DNA from: a virus
Taxonomy: Duplodnaviria; Caudoviricetes
DNA length: 45,728 nucleotides
Virus record (IMG/VR): IMGVR_UViG_3300037046_000294
Coordinates: 1 to 45,728 of that record
Strand: one strand, 5' to 3'
The notes under the pieces were generated by a model that had not been told where the DNA came from, did no database searches, and saw nothing but the letters and a program-made list of their open reading frames with translations. The stretch's first letter is position 1; each line of letters opens with the position of its first letter. A program made the translations under genes and the position numbers. Shown here piece after piece: positions 25,717 through 36,516 of this stretch.

Positions 25717-27086
25717 GTAAAGAAGCAGATATCACCATTAAAGGAAAATCCGGAATAATGAACGTGCCCGATGTTGGCGTATTTTCGTTTTACACCGGAG
25801 CCGCCACTACCGACGATGTGTGGGATACAATCATACTTTCCGACAGTGGCGTGCAATGGGAAGCCGACCCCGACCTGGTAGCAGGTAAACACATTGTACC
25901 CTACGGCGCCAACAACAACCTGCCAATTGTGGTGCGCGACCTCATGGAAGCCAACAACCTGGCTCCCGGAATTCTCGAACGCGAAATGGGCCTGCTTCAT
26001 GGTCAGGGTCCGCAGCTTTATATTGACTTGGTAAAAGAGGGCGATATCACCCGCACATGGACATACGACCAGGAGATTTGGGACTGGCTGAAATCGTGGA
26101 ATTACCGCCGCTTTCTCGACATGGCAACCGTTGAATACAAGTACCTGAAGGGAGTATTCGTGAAACGGTTCCTCCGCCGTGGTGTTCGTATTGGCCGCAA
26201 ACCCGAGTTTGTATTGGAAGTTTGCCCCGGTACCGATGCCCGCCTGGCATGGGTTGATACCCGCCGGCTGGAAGATGTGCCGTTTATTTACACCGGCGAT
26301 TTCGAAAACGGATGCCGCCGAACGGGGATCCGCGCATGGCCGGTTTGGGACCGTTACCAGCCTTTTGAGCAATCGTCGTGTATGAGCTACCATAACTCCT
26401 ACAGTTTTGCACACAACTTTTACTCAATCCCCGGGTTCTGGGGATCCCGCAAATGGATTGCACGCTCCAGCGACGTTCCCGACATTCTGAAATACCTTTC
26501 AGATAACGGCCTTGTGCTTTCTTACCACATCCACAGCCCCGGAGCTTACTGGAAAGAAAAACGCGAAAAGCTGGAGGAACGATTCCCAAGTAAAACCGAT
26601 ACCGAAATCGATGCCAAACTCGAAGAGCTGAAGCTCGAAACCTTCCGCAAAATTTCGGGAGTACTGGCCGGGAAAAAGAACGTTGGCAAATTCATTGAAA
26701 CGGTTGATTTCTGGGACGAGGAAGCCGGTGCAATGGTAGCCTGGAAAGTAGAACCCATCGAGCAAAAGGTAAAAGATTTTATCGATGCACAGTTGGCCAT
26801 TTCCGACAAAGCCGATGCAGCAACCACTTCAGGAATAGGTCTGCACCCAGCCCTTTCAAACATGATGATGAACGGCAAATCAGCAGCCGGTTCAGAGATG
26901 CTTTACGCGCTCAAGCTTTACCTGGCTTCCGATACCACCATTCCTGAAGAGGTAATTTTTGAACCCATCAACCAGTGCATCGAAGCTATGTGGCCCGGCA
27001 AAAAAGCCCGCCTTGGTTTCTACCACAAAATTGTAATGAAAGAAGAAAATGTTTCACCGTCCGAACGGACTACAACAAACGTGTAA
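25713..27086 (+). CDS. Portal protein
   Basis: PYGANNNLP, FYSIPGFWGS, IGLHPAL and GSEML motifs; size and position. Confidence 0.85.
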   Translation: MSKEADITIKGKSGIMNVPDVGVFSFYTGAATTDDVWDTIILSDSGVQWEADPDLVAGKHIVPYGANNNLPIVVRDLMEANNLAPGILEREMGLLHGQGPQLYIDLVKEGDITRTWTYDQEIWDWLKSWNYRRFLDMATVEYKYLKGVFVKRFLRRGVRIGRKPEFVLEVCPGTDARLAWVDTRRLEDVPFIYTGDFENGCRRTGIRAWPVWDRYQPFEQSSCMSYHNSYSFAHNFYSIPGFWGSRKWIARSSDVPDILKYLSDNGLVLSYHIHSPGAYWKEKREKLEERFPSKTDTEIDAKLEELKLETFRKISGVLAGKKNVGKFIETVDFWDEEAGAMVAWKVEPIEQKVKDFIDAQLAISDKADAATTSGIGLHPALSNMMMNGKSAAGSEMLYALKLYLASDTTIPEEVIFEPINQCIEAMWPGKKARLGFYHKIVMKEENVSPSERTTTNV

Positions 27087-27088
27087 TT

Positions 27089-28135
27089 ATGCTTTTCAAC
27101 AGGTCAAACAATGGAAACGAGGAGCTGCGCGAGCTCACAGGCGCTTACTATAAAAGCAACGATTTCAATAAAATAAAAGTAAAGGTTATCCTGGCATCAG
27201 AAGATGTGGCTAACCTCATTGGTACAGCCATTTTCACCAAAGCCGAAAATCATTATTTGTCGGAAAATTACATGGCCATTCCTGAACCCGAAGCCGAACA
27301 GTCCGACTCCGGAAGCGCCGGATCCGGAATTCCTCCGGTTAATTACCCGCTGCTCGACCAGTTGGTACAGCACATCCAGTTACCAATTTCTTTTTTGGCT
27401 ACACTGTGGCACTACCAGGGAAACGACATCAGCCACGAAGACACCGGGCGCAAAATGAAAATCGATGCAGAATCGGAAAAAATGGCATGGGAATGGATGT
27501 ACGATCGCGATGATGCCGCCGCCATGCGTAACTATCAGAAAACTTTCGACCGTTTAATCCGGTTCCTCAATGCCAACGTTGCAAGCTTCCCTGAGTGGGC
27601 ATCATCAGACGCCCGCAAAAACACGCTCAGCCTGTTTATTAATACTCCCGAACATTTCGACAGGCTGTACCCCATCGACAGCTCACCGGTGTTTTACATT
27701 CGCCTGGCACAAATCATGCGCGAAATCGAACGTAAATTAATTAAACCCATACTGGGCGATACCTATGCCGAATTGAAAAGAGCAATTGCAGCCGGAACTT
27801 TAAGCCCTGACGAACAGGAGCTCTACGACTATGTTTGCGACCCAATTCCGTTGCTTACCATGAGCAAGGCGATTACCAGGTTAAGTGTTACACTTTTGCC
27901 CGAGGGCGTGGTTCAGAATTTTATTTCTGAACGTCAAACAGCAAAAGCCAGCCTGCCGGTAATTCCTGAGATTATAAAAATGGTTTCCAAAAACCTGTGG
28001 GAAGATGGACTGAAAACCCTCGACGAGCTGAAGAAATTCTGGAAGGTTTACAATGTGGATCCGGATGATATCGACGAAGACATTACCGACATGCTTCCCG
28101 GGATGGATGCAACCGATAAATTCATTTCATTATGA
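27089..28135 (+). CDS. Head-tail connector-like protein (DUF6712-like), 348 aa
   Basis: Start MLFNRSNNGNEELRELTG directly after portal; internally duplicated helical halves. Confidence 0.7.
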   Translation: MLFNRSNNGNEELRELTGAYYKSNDFNKIKVKVILASEDVANLIGTAIFTKAENHYLSENYMAIPEPEAEQSDSGSAGSGIPPVNYPLLDQLVQHIQLPISFLATLWHYQGNDISHEDTGRKMKIDAESEKMAWEWMYDRDDAAAMRNYQKTFDRLIRFLNANVASFPEWASSDARKNTLSLFINTPEHFDRLYPIDSSPVFYIRLAQIMREIERKLIKPILGDTYAELKRAIAAGTLSPDEQELYDYVCDPIPLLTMSKAITRLSVTLLPEGVVQNFISERQTAKASLPVIPEIIKMVSKNLWEDGLKTLDELKKFWKVYNVDPDDIDEDITDMLPGMDATDKFISL

Positions 28136-29061
28136 ACCGCGTCGAAATACCCGAAAGAAATATTGTAGCCGAATACCCATCGTGCTGGGACGAACTTACC
28201 AACGACCAGTTTTACTTTATTATGCAAAACTGGCTGAAGGTGATTGATGGGAAAATAAACCAGAATGAATTCCTGGTTATTGTGCTGTACAATTTTCTTG
28301 GCATTACGCGCTCGCCGTTTAATAACTGGAAAGACCGACGCCTGAGCAAAGAGCAGCTCGAGAATAAGTTTTCCAACATCTGGCAACTTACCGAAACATT
28401 AACCTGGTTATTTCGCTCTGATGCATCAGGCGAAGGGAATTTTATTTATCTCGACTACACTGAAATAAAAAACCGGATTCCCGAAATTGTAAACAGTGGA
28501 GAAATTACACTGGTTGGTCCTGCCGACGGAATGATTGATATCACCTTTGGAGAATACCGCCGCGCCTGGGATTATTTCGAAGCATACATTGCCAAACGCA
28601 ACAATTCCGACCTCGACAGGCTGATTGCCACACTCTACCGCCCCGAGCGGTACCGCTACGAGCACATAAAACACACGCCCGAATTCGATGGCGAACGCCG
28701 CGAACCGTTTAACCCCCACCTTACCGAACATTATGCAGAGCTGCTGGCCGAAGTTCCGTTCTGGCAAAAGCAAACCATTTTTAACTGGTTCTTTAACTGC
28801 GACAAATTTTTAAAAGAAGGCGAACTCGAACTTGGCGGAAAAACACTCAGCTTCGCGCCCCTGTTTTCCAGGAAAAGAAACTCTGATGATGACATGGAAA
28901 CCCTCGACGAAAACGACCTGGGAATGACAAGCCTGCTCTTTATGATAGCCGAAAGCAATCTTTTTGGAAACGCCATCCAAATCGAAAGAACAAGCTACAT
29001 CGATATACTAACCGCGCTGCTGTATTGGAAACAACAGGCCGATAAAATGAAAAAAACATGA
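28132..29061 (+). CDS. Hypothetical morphogenesis protein (possible tail chaperone)
   Basis: PSCWDELT...ITFGEY...LIATLYRP; position between neck and tape measure. Confidence 0.65.
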   Translation: MNRVEIPERNIVAEYPSCWDELTNDQFYFIMQNWLKVIDGKINQNEFLVIVLYNFLGITRSPFNNWKDRRLSKEQLENKFSNIWQLTETLTWLFRSDASGEGNFIYLDYTEIKNRIPEIVNSGEITLVGPADGMIDITFGEYRRAWDYFEAYIAKRNNSDLDRLIATLYRPERYRYEHIKHTPEFDGERREPFNPHLTEHYAELLAEVPFWQKQTIFNWFFNCDKFLKEGELELGGKTLSFAPLFSRKRNSDDDMETLDENDLGMTSLLFMIAESNLFGNAIQIERTSYIDILTALLYWKQQADKMKKT

Positions 29062-29531
29062 TACGAATTACCGACTTCAACAACCTGCTAACCGAAATGG
29101 TAACCGCTCTTAATACCGATGCTATTGGTCTTGATGTGCCACAAATTAAAGGGCACGTTCTGGTTGCCAGCGAAAAACACCTGGTAAAACGCCTGGCCGA
29201 CAGTTCAGGTGTTTGGCTTGCCGTTACCATCCCCAGCGCTGACCCCGAAACCAGAAACGAAGACAATGTTGCCGAAAATAACATCGTGTGGATTTTTATA
29301 CTCGAGAAGGTGGATCCGGGAAGTCTTTCAGCTTCCGACGAAATTGAGCATTACCAGAAAATACAGTCGGTTACAACAGCCGTAAAAAACTGGCTTCGCA
29401 GCGAAAAACTTGCCGGTAATGAACACCTCGAGTACCTGAACCTGCAAAGCCTCCACACCGACCCCGAATACCAGTTTGGCGGATGGAACGGCTGGAGCAT
29501 CAACTTCAACTTCGACACTGACGGGTACTAA
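29058..29531 (+). CDS. Putative tail terminator/neck protein
   Basis: Size, position and acidic beta C-terminus GWSINFNF. Confidence 0.55.
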   Translation: MIRITDFNNLLTEMVTALNTDAIGLDVPQIKGHVLVASEKHLVKRLADSSGVWLAVTIPSADPETRNEDNVAENNIVWIFILEKVDPGSLSASDEIEHYQKIQSVTTAVKNWLRSEKLAGNEHLEYLNLQSLHTDPEYQFGGWNGWSINFNFDTDGY

Positions 29532-29941
29532 TGAGCGAACTGGCATACATACGGAAAGAATTCGTTAAGCAAATCCTTACAGAAGAAGGAAAAGAGCTGC
29601 ACGACAACCAGGGAAAAGCAATTGCCAAACTGCTCCATTTCCATAGCAACAAATTATATGACGAACGCCCGTATTCAGTAACTGCCGATGATTCGCTGGA
29701 TGGCAAATTTACCATCTCAATACCGGGTTACGGGCGCGCGCTCGACATTAAACCCAAAAACCGTGTTATACAAGCCCAGGATAAATACACCCACTGGAGA
29801 CAACGCCGCCGAACAAAAGCTTTCCCTGTTTACAACAGGTTTATGTTCGGCCATTACTATACCATCGCCTGGAGATTGATGTACGGCCTAACAGAAGAAG
29901 TGGCAGCAGGTATTAAAAAACAATTCGAAACTCAGCAGTAA
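29531..29941 (+). CDS. Putative tail completion protein
   Basis: Basic 136 aa protein directly upstream of tape measure. Confidence 0.55.
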   Translation: MSELAYIRKEFVKQILTEEGKELHDNQGKAIAKLLHFHSNKLYDERPYSVTADDSLDGKFTISIPGYGRALDIKPKNRVIQAQDKYTHWRQRRRTKAFPVYNRFMFGHYYTIAWRLMYGLTEEVAAGIKKQFETQQ

Positions 29942-32900
29942 TGGCAAATAAATTAAGAGACGAAGATTTAACGCTGAACATTATCGTAAATGGCGATAAA
30001 AGCAAGAAAGAGCTGGGTGACCTTGAAAAAAGCACCCGCGAGCTAACCAACCGTAATAAAGAATTGCGGATGGAAAAAGAAAAACTTGCCCGGGCAGGAA
30101 AACAGGAAACCGAAGAATACAAAGCCATTGAGAAGCAATTGCGCGAAAACAACAAAGCCATTAAAACCAACGAAGCCCGGATGACCGAACTCCGGAAGGA
30201 GATTGGTTTAACCGGACTTACCATGCGCCAGTTACGAAGCGAACAGGTAAGGCTGAAAAGGTTAATGGACTCATCAACCCCGGGAACTGAACAATGGAAA
30301 AAATACAATGCCGAGCTGCTTAAAGTCGAAGCTCAGATAGGTAAGGTATCTGCAGGCGCAAAAGCATCGCAGTTTTCAATGGGTAAAATGGCCGATGGCT
30401 TTAACCGGTATTTCTCCATGATTACAGTTTGGGTTGCTTCGCTGACAGGGATTATATTCGGATTTAAAAAAGCAGCAAGCGCTTTTGCTGAATTTGATGA
30501 CCAGGTAGCCGATATTCAAAAAACAACCAATTTAAGCAAAGACGAAATAATTGACCTCGATAAGGAGCTGCAGAAAATTGATACCCGCAGCTCGCAGGAA
30601 GAATTATTGGGATTGGCTCGTATTGCCGGAAAACTTGGTAAAGACAGCGTTGAAGATGTTCTCGGTTTTGTTCGTGCAGCCGATAAAATAAATGTCGCTT
30701 TAAATGAAGACCTTGGCGGAGATATTGAAGAAACAGTCCGGCAAATTGGTAAATTATCAGATATATTCGGAATCGAAAAAGAGTTCGGAACAGAACAAGC
30801 CCTTTTAAAAATCGGTTCATCAATTAACGCACTCGGAGCCGCCAGTACTGCAAATGAAGGGTACATTGTCGAATTCTCAAAACGTGTAGCCGGTATTGCT
30901 CCTTCTGCCGATATATCAATAGATAAAGTATTTGGCCTTGCTGCTACACTCGACCAATTAGGACAAACAAGTGAAGTTGCCAGTACAGTTATTTCGCAGG
31001 TCATTCCAGATATGTTTAAAGAAACCGAAACATACGCGCGAATTGCCGGAATGGCAGTTACCGATTTTAGTGAATTGCTTAAAGTCGATGCCAACGAAGC
31101 ATTTATTCGCTTTCTATCGGGGTTGCAAAACAATAACGGCGGCCTTCAGGAGATGGTTGAAAAACTCGACGGTCTGGGGCTGGAAGGCAAACGCTCAATT
31201 TCAGTACTTGGAGTTTTGGCAAATAATACCGACAAACTTCGCGAACAGCAAAACCTTGCCAATATTGAATTTGAAAAAGGCACATCTTTAACCGAAGAGT
31301 TCAATATAAAAAACAATACTGTACAGGCCGGCCTCGAGAAGTCGCGCAAAAACCTTGCATTAATTACCCGCGAGCTGGGGCAAAACCTTTCTCCTGCAGT
31401 ACTGTTCAGCACAAACGGAATTACCTATTTTATTAAGGCAATGGTTGCCCTTATTCGTTTCACCCGCGAATACTACCCTTTAATACTTGGCACTACTGCT
31501 GCAGTAGCAGCCTATACTATTGTTGTAAATGCCCAGAACATTGCAACCAAACTTTACAATGCTGCCACGGCTGTTGCAACATTTGTAACCAAAGCATTTA
31601 ATACTGCAGTAAAATCAAATCCGCTGGGTATTCTTATCAGCTTGCTTGCAGGAGCTGCTGTTGGTTTAGCTGCTTATGCCCGAAAAATAAACTCTGTTAC
31701 TGCCGAACAACAGGCTTTAAACGATGTAGAGAAAACCGCGCAGCAAAACATTGTTGAACAGAAAACCAATGTCGAACTTTTAATGGCCGCGGCAAAAAAC
31801 GAAAACCGCACATTGGCCGAACGCAAAAAAGCACTGGAGGAACTGAATAAAATTTCTCCGGAATATTTTGGAAACCTTACCCTCGAAAAAATAAACACAC
31901 AGGAAGCAACCGAAGCAACCAAAGCTTATACCGAAGCCTTGCTTGAACAGGCAAGGGTGCAGGCCGCCAAAGAAAAACTGATTGAACTTGAAAAGGAACG
32001 GATTGATGCCATTCAAACAGGGACCGATTACCAAACAAAATGGTATCAAACCGCATGGAATGGAGTTAAATCGTTTGGCAATGCTGCTGCATTTAGTTAC
32101 AACCAGGCTATAACCGGCGCCCAAAATGCCACTGCCGCCGATGCCGAATACATGAAGCAAAAAGAGGCGCTGATTGGTATTATCGGCAAACAAAAAAAAT
32201 CAACTCCTGTTATCCCGGGTCTTCCCGGCAGCGATGGAGGTGAAGGTGGTACAGTACCCGAAACTCCAGCCACCCCATCCATTACCCCGCTGCCAACATT
32301 CGATGAAATCGACCTTGTTGCAGGTAAAGAACTCGAAATCGCCGCCCTAAAATCAATGGAAGCCGACTGGACCGATTACCTTAAAAAAGAAATCGACGAG
32401 CAAACCGATGCACTGGCCAAACAATTCGAGCTTGAAAAAGAAATAGCCGCCGCCCGTATCGAGCTAAAAGACATGCAGGTTGATGCCATCGGGCAACTGG
32501 CCGGTGCGCTTGCAGGCATGTTCGAACAGGGAAGCGCTGCCCAGATTGCAATGATTGCAGTGGAAAAAGCAATTGCCATTGCACAAATATGGATTAACTA
32601 CGCCCGCGAAATGTCGGCAATCAGTGTGGCATCAGCCAATATAGCAGCCATGCCGATACCTGGTGCAAGAATAGCCGCTGCCGCATACATGGCCACTATG
32701 AGCGCAAAGGCAAAAGCCCAGGCTGGTATCAATACAGGTATTATTGTTGCTCAAACTGTTGCCAGCGCTGTAAGCTCAGGCAAACGCGAAAAGAAACAGG
32801 CTTATGCTGAAGGCGGCCACACCGGTCCCGGTGGTAAATACGAACCTGCCGGAATAGTACATGCCGAAGAATACGTTATTCCACAGGAAGGCACAAAAAA

Positions 32901-33222
32901 CCCAATGCTTAAGCCGGTTATCGATATGATAGAAATTGCCCGCCGTAACGGTTCACTTGCCCGGTTAGACCTTCGCCCCATTGTGCAAATGATGCCAATG
33001 AAAGGATTTGCCCAGGGCGGTTTCTCTTCTTCTCCTGCCTACTTCCAACTGCCGCTGCCTACTCCTCCCCCTCCCGGTGGTGGTTCTCTTTCCGACTCAA
33101 CCCTCGCCGCACTCGCACGCGAGCTGGCCGAGTTCCGCAAATGGAAACCCAAAGTTTACACCGAACTCATTAAAAAAGACCTCGAAACCCTGGATGATAT
33201 CGACAAAAAACGCGGAATGTAA
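29941..33222 (+). CDS. Tail tape measure protein
   Basis: 1093 aa helical Ala-rich; TP901-type core; YAEGGHTGPGGKYEPAGIVHAEEYV C-terminal motif. Confidence 0.95.
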   Translation: MANKLRDEDLTLNIIVNGDKSKKELGDLEKSTRELTNRNKELRMEKEKLARAGKQETEEYKAIEKQLRENNKAIKTNEARMTELRKEIGLTGLTMRQLRSEQVRLKRLMDSSTPGTEQWKKYNAELLKVEAQIGKVSAGAKASQFSMGKMADGFNRYFSMITVWVASLTGIIFGFKKAASAFAEFDDQVADIQKTTNLSKDEIIDLDKELQKIDTRSSQEELLGLARIAGKLGKDSVEDVLGFVRAADKINVALNEDLGGDIEETVRQIGKLSDIFGIEKEFGTEQALLKIGSSINALGAASTANEGYIVEFSKRVAGIAPSADISIDKVFGLAATLDQLGQTSEVASTVISQVIPDMFKETETYARIAGMAVTDFSELLKVDANEAFIRFLSGLQNNNGGLQEMVEKLDGLGLEGKRSISVLGVLANNTDKLREQQNLANIEFEKGTSLTEEFNIKNNTVQAGLEKSRKNLALITRELGQNLSPAVLFSTNGITYFIKAMVALIRFTREYYPLILGTTAAVAAYTIVVNAQNIATKLYNAATAVATFVTKAFNTAVKSNPLGILISLLAGAAVGLAAYARKINSVTAEQQALNDVEKTAQQNIVEQKTNVELLMAAAKNENRTLAERKKALEELNKISPEYFGNLTLEKINTQEATEATKAYTEALLEQARVQAAKEKLIELEKERIDAIQTGTDYQTKWYQTAWNGVKSFGNAAAFSYNQAITGAQNATAADAEYMKQKEALIGIIGKQKKSTPVIPGLPGSDGGEGGTVPETPATPSITPLPTFDEIDLVAGKELEIAALKSMEADWTDYLKKEIDEQTDALAKQFELEKEIAAARIELKDMQVDAIGQLAGALAGMFEQGSAAQIAMIAVEKAIAIAQIWINYAREMSAISVASANIAAMPIPGARIAAAAYMATMSAKAKAQAGINTGIIVAQTVASAVSSGKREKKQAYAEGGHTGPGGKYEPAGIVHAEEYVIPQEGTKNPMLKPVIDMIEIARRNGSLARLDLRPIVQMMPMKGFAQGGFSSSPAYFQLPLPTPPPPGGGSLSDSTLAALARELAEFRKWKPKVYTELIKKDLETLDDIDKKRGM

Positions 33223-33248
33223 AATCAATTAAAAATGAAAAATTTGCT

Positions 33249-34463
33249 ATGGCTTTAACAATCTTCCTCTACCCGTCAACCGGCATCGCGCTGTCCGGGA
33301 ACCCTGTGTGGGTTACCATGTTTGGCGACGAACCACCCGCCGGAGCAAACGGATACAAGTTTATGCTGAAAATAGAAAGCACAAACAACATGCTCGTGGG
33401 CGCACCTTTTTATATGGACGTGGCCCCTTCTGCAGCCTACGTCGCCCGGCTCAACATTCAGGGATATGTTGATAAGGTTGTGAAATACGTATTCTCCTAC
33501 CCCGCCGGTGACGCATGCATCCAGTATGACAACACCACGCACGAAGTTGTAATTACAGCCGGTATCCGCTACATCGACAGCTCCGGTGTTTTGCACGAAA
33601 TATGGAACGAAACCGGCGCTGAGCTTACCCTGCTCAAAGGCGGAGTTTCGCAGCGACAGGTGGCAATATGGAAAGCCGCAAACCAAAGTTTCTATACCAT
33701 CTACATTGGCGCCGGAAAGTTCCTCACCCAACGCCCGCAGGATGACATAGTTCACCCGCAACAGCCCGTAAAACTCTGGAATTTTAACGACGGCACACGC
33801 GAAGTAAACACCCTCCGGCTGGTTTGTGCATACAGCGATGGCTCAACTGTAACCGAAAACTTACCCATCTACCAGGAAGAAGGATACCTCTACGAGCTAA
33901 ATGTAAACCCCGCCAGCCACGGTATCGATTTGGTTAAGGAAGACGGCGCCAAATTGCTCACATGGACCGCGGCGCTATATAACGACGATGTTTTAAAAAG
34001 CGATATCCGCCGGTTTGCCTACGACCTGCGCTACTGCGAACGCCCCTTCTGGCTCATGTTTGCCAACTCGCTGGGCGGCATCGATGATGTTTACCTTTCG
34101 GGCTACGCTGTCGAAAGTTTTGAAGTGAAAGGCGACGAGGTGTACAAACCGGCACAGTTCGACGACACTATTTACGACCGCACACTGGTTGTACCCAACA
34201 AACAGGCCCGCAACACGTGGAAAATTAACACAGGGCCAAAATCGGCAACGCAAATGTTCCACCTCCGCGATTTGCTCTGCAGTCGCGAAGTGTGGCTTAT
34301 TTACCCATCGAACTTTGTGCAGGTGTACAATATTGTTCCGGTAAACATCACCAACACCGAGGTTGTAATTGTGGACCGTAAAAACGACCTCTATGACACT
34401 GATATCGAAATGGCCGAAGCCCACAGCTCGCAGTTTAATTTCGATAACCGGCTAATGGTGTAG
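33249..34463 (+). CDS. Distal tail/baseplate protein
   Basis: Follows tape measure; FANSLGGID...WKINTG...DLLCSREVW motif. Confidence 0.75.
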   Translation: MALTIFLYPSTGIALSGNPVWVTMFGDEPPAGANGYKFMLKIESTNNMLVGAPFYMDVAPSAAYVARLNIQGYVDKVVKYVFSYPAGDACIQYDNTTHEVVITAGIRYIDSSGVLHEIWNETGAELTLLKGGVSQRQVAIWKAANQSFYTIYIGAGKFLTQRPQDDIVHPQQPVKLWNFNDGTREVNTLRLVCAYSDGSTVTENLPIYQEEGYLYELNVNPASHGIDLVKEDGAKLLTWTAALYNDDVLKSDIRRFAYDLRYCERPFWLMFANSLGGIDDVYLSGYAVESFEVKGDEVYKPAQFDDTIYDRTLVVPNKQARNTWKINTGPKSATQMFHLRDLLCSREVWLIYPSNFVQVYNIVPVNITNTEVVIVDRKNDLYDTDIEMAEAHSSQFNFDNRLMV

Positions 34464-34564
34464 TCAATTAAAAATGAAAAATGATAAATGATAAATTATA
34501 GGAGTAGGGACATGACTGTAGTAAAAACATTTCTAATTTTTAATTTACAATTTATAATTGTGCA

Positions 34565-35464
34565 ATGCTAACAATCGACATCAACGGCAACCATTTCGCT
34601 CTCGATACCTCTTTCAGCATCCGTGTGCAGGGAGTTAACCCGGCCTGTTATATGAATAAACTCCCGGGCGATGTGGGAATGGGAATAATCATACCGGTGA
34701 ACGACATTAACCGCGGCATACTTGGCGCTCCCGAAATGTTTGCCAAATACTACCCCAACGGCGAGCCAGGTGTAAAGTTCGCGGGCTGCTCCATCCGTTT
34801 TGGCGGTGCGCTGCTGCTCAGTGGCTCGCTGGTGGTTACACAGGCCACTACTGACAGTTACCAGTGCTGGCTGCAAAGCAACCTCGGCGTTATGGGCGAA
34901 GCGCTTCAGGAAAAAACCCTGCAGGATATGCCGTGGCCCACCAACCAGGTGTTTGCCGCAAAAAGCAGCTACAACGACGAGGCCGATGATTACGGCGTTA
35001 TGGTAATTAAAAACCCGGGTTTCTGGGATGGAAAAGGCCGCGAAGCCGACAATATACCAATGGCTTATACCGACGAAAACGGCGACCCGCAAACCAAACT
35101 CGAAACCCGCTCGGCGCTCAGCGGCGAACACTGGGCAAATTATGCATGGCTGGTAAATAACCAAATCAGTGCGCCACCGGCTTTCGAAAAAGGCGCTGTT
35201 ATTTCGCCGTTCCTCTACCTGCGTTACGTAATCCGCGAATCGCTCCGCATGAATGGTTGGTACATCAACCGAAACGACATGACATCGAACCCGCTTTTCC
35301 CGCTACTGCCAATGGCTGTTTGTAGCCAGTTGGCCATTTACAACAACGTTTCAATTGTTGAGCCCGAATTTACAACCGTATACACCGAGTACCCCGGTTG
35401 GAATTATGAAACCAACGAGATGGAAAAAAAATACGACGACATAATAACCGAGCAATCATGGTAA
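34565..35464 (+). CDS. Tail hub/tip protein, N-terminal part (split gene)
   Basis: MLTIDING...IPVNDINRGILG typical of tail-tip N-termini; overlaps 35458 in the -1 frame. Confidence 0.7.
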   Translation: MLTIDINGNHFALDTSFSIRVQGVNPACYMNKLPGDVGMGIIIPVNDINRGILGAPEMFAKYYPNGEPGVKFAGCSIRFGGALLLSGSLVVTQATTDSYQCWLQSNLGVMGEALQEKTLQDMPWPTNQVFAAKSSYNDEADDYGVMVIKNPGFWDGKGREADNIPMAYTDENGDPQTKLETRSALSGEHWANYAWLVNNQISAPPAFEKGAVISPFLYLRYVIRESLRMNGWYINRNDMTSNPLFPLLPMAVCSQLAIYNNVSIVEPEFTTVYTEYPGWNYETNEMEKKYDDIITEQSW

Positions 35465-36387
35465 AAAACTTCAACTACGCCGCGCTACTGCCAAAAAGCA
35501 GCTACAAAGACTTTTTGTTGGGCCTGCAAAACATGCTCAATGTAGTGTTTCGCTTCCGTAATGATGGTAAGGTTGACATTATCGACCGCAACGAAATACT
35601 TTCGGGCGCTGCCATTAACCTGCAGGAGTACCACGTTGGCCACTGGACCATTGGCGAACGTGCTAACCTTACCCTGAAATTTATTCCGGAATACGATAAA
35701 GACGATGCCCGGTACGACAGCCAGTTTGAAGACCTGTCAGACCGCCACGCCGATTACAAAGACCCGGTTGCAACTTTTGCCGACCTCGCCGCTATCGCCG
35801 CCCCCGAGTTTGGCGAATTACGCCGGGTAAAGGATACAGGCAAAATTTACGAGTACAAATGGAAAGTGGTGGCCACCGAAGATGAATATGGAAATGGCGA
35901 ACAGTTTGATGCGCTCGGATGGGAGTTTGTTTCAACCGGTCCGCAACCCTACGTTTTTGGCACAGGCGAAAAAGAGGAAGAAATAAAATCGGCATTCTCT
36001 GCCCTGCAACAGGAAACTTATGGAATGCTTGGCACTTTCCCAATCGCAAACCAGCGCGGAAACCTGCTATCGATGCAAAGCGTGTGGAAAGATTTTACGC
36101 TCCGCCTGCTGGCCACACACCCGCTTTCGCTTGGCGCACAAAACGACCTGTACTGGGAAGACCTTGGCCTTTTCGAAACCCGCTGGCGCAAATGGGCGCA
36201 GTTCTGGGCAACCCGCAAAACCATTGAAGCCGAATTCCAGCTTCCGCTCAACGTGCTGCTTCACGTTTCAGAAAACATCACCTCGAAATTCCGCACCGAC
36301 GAAGGCGAATTCATAATCGAAGAAATGGAAACCGAGTTCGGGCTGAATATGATTGGAGTAACGAGAGTGAAAGGGTATAAAATATAG
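35458..36387 (+). CDS. Tail hub/tip protein, C-terminal part (split gene)
   Basis: Begins FNYAALLPKSSYKDFLLGLQNML, which reads as an internal segment. Confidence 0.7.
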   Translation: MVKNFNYAALLPKSSYKDFLLGLQNMLNVVFRFRNDGKVDIIDRNEILSGAAINLQEYHVGHWTIGERANLTLKFIPEYDKDDARYDSQFEDLSDRHADYKDPVATFADLAAIAAPEFGELRRVKDTGKIYEYKWKVVATEDEYGNGEQFDALGWEFVSTGPQPYVFGTGEKEEEIKSAFSALQQETYGMLGTFPIANQRGNLLSMQSVWKDFTLRLLATHPLSLGAQNDLYWEDLGLFETRWRKWAQFWATRKTIEAEFQLPLNVLLHVSENITSKFRTDEGEFIIEEMETEFGLNMIGVTRVKGYKI

Positions 36388-36390
36388 AAG

Positions 36391-36510
36391 AAAGAGATTG
36401 ATGGAGAGAAGAAAGAGATTGATTGAGATTAAGAGATTGGTTGTGAAACTATCAATCACAATAAATCTCTACTAATCTCTACTAATCTCCATAAATTACA
36501 ATAAATCACA
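36391..36510. repeat. Inverted array of degenerate 10-mers
   Basis: AGAGATT-type units followed by AATCTCT-type units. Confidence 0.75.
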
Positions 36511-36516
36511 TTTTTA

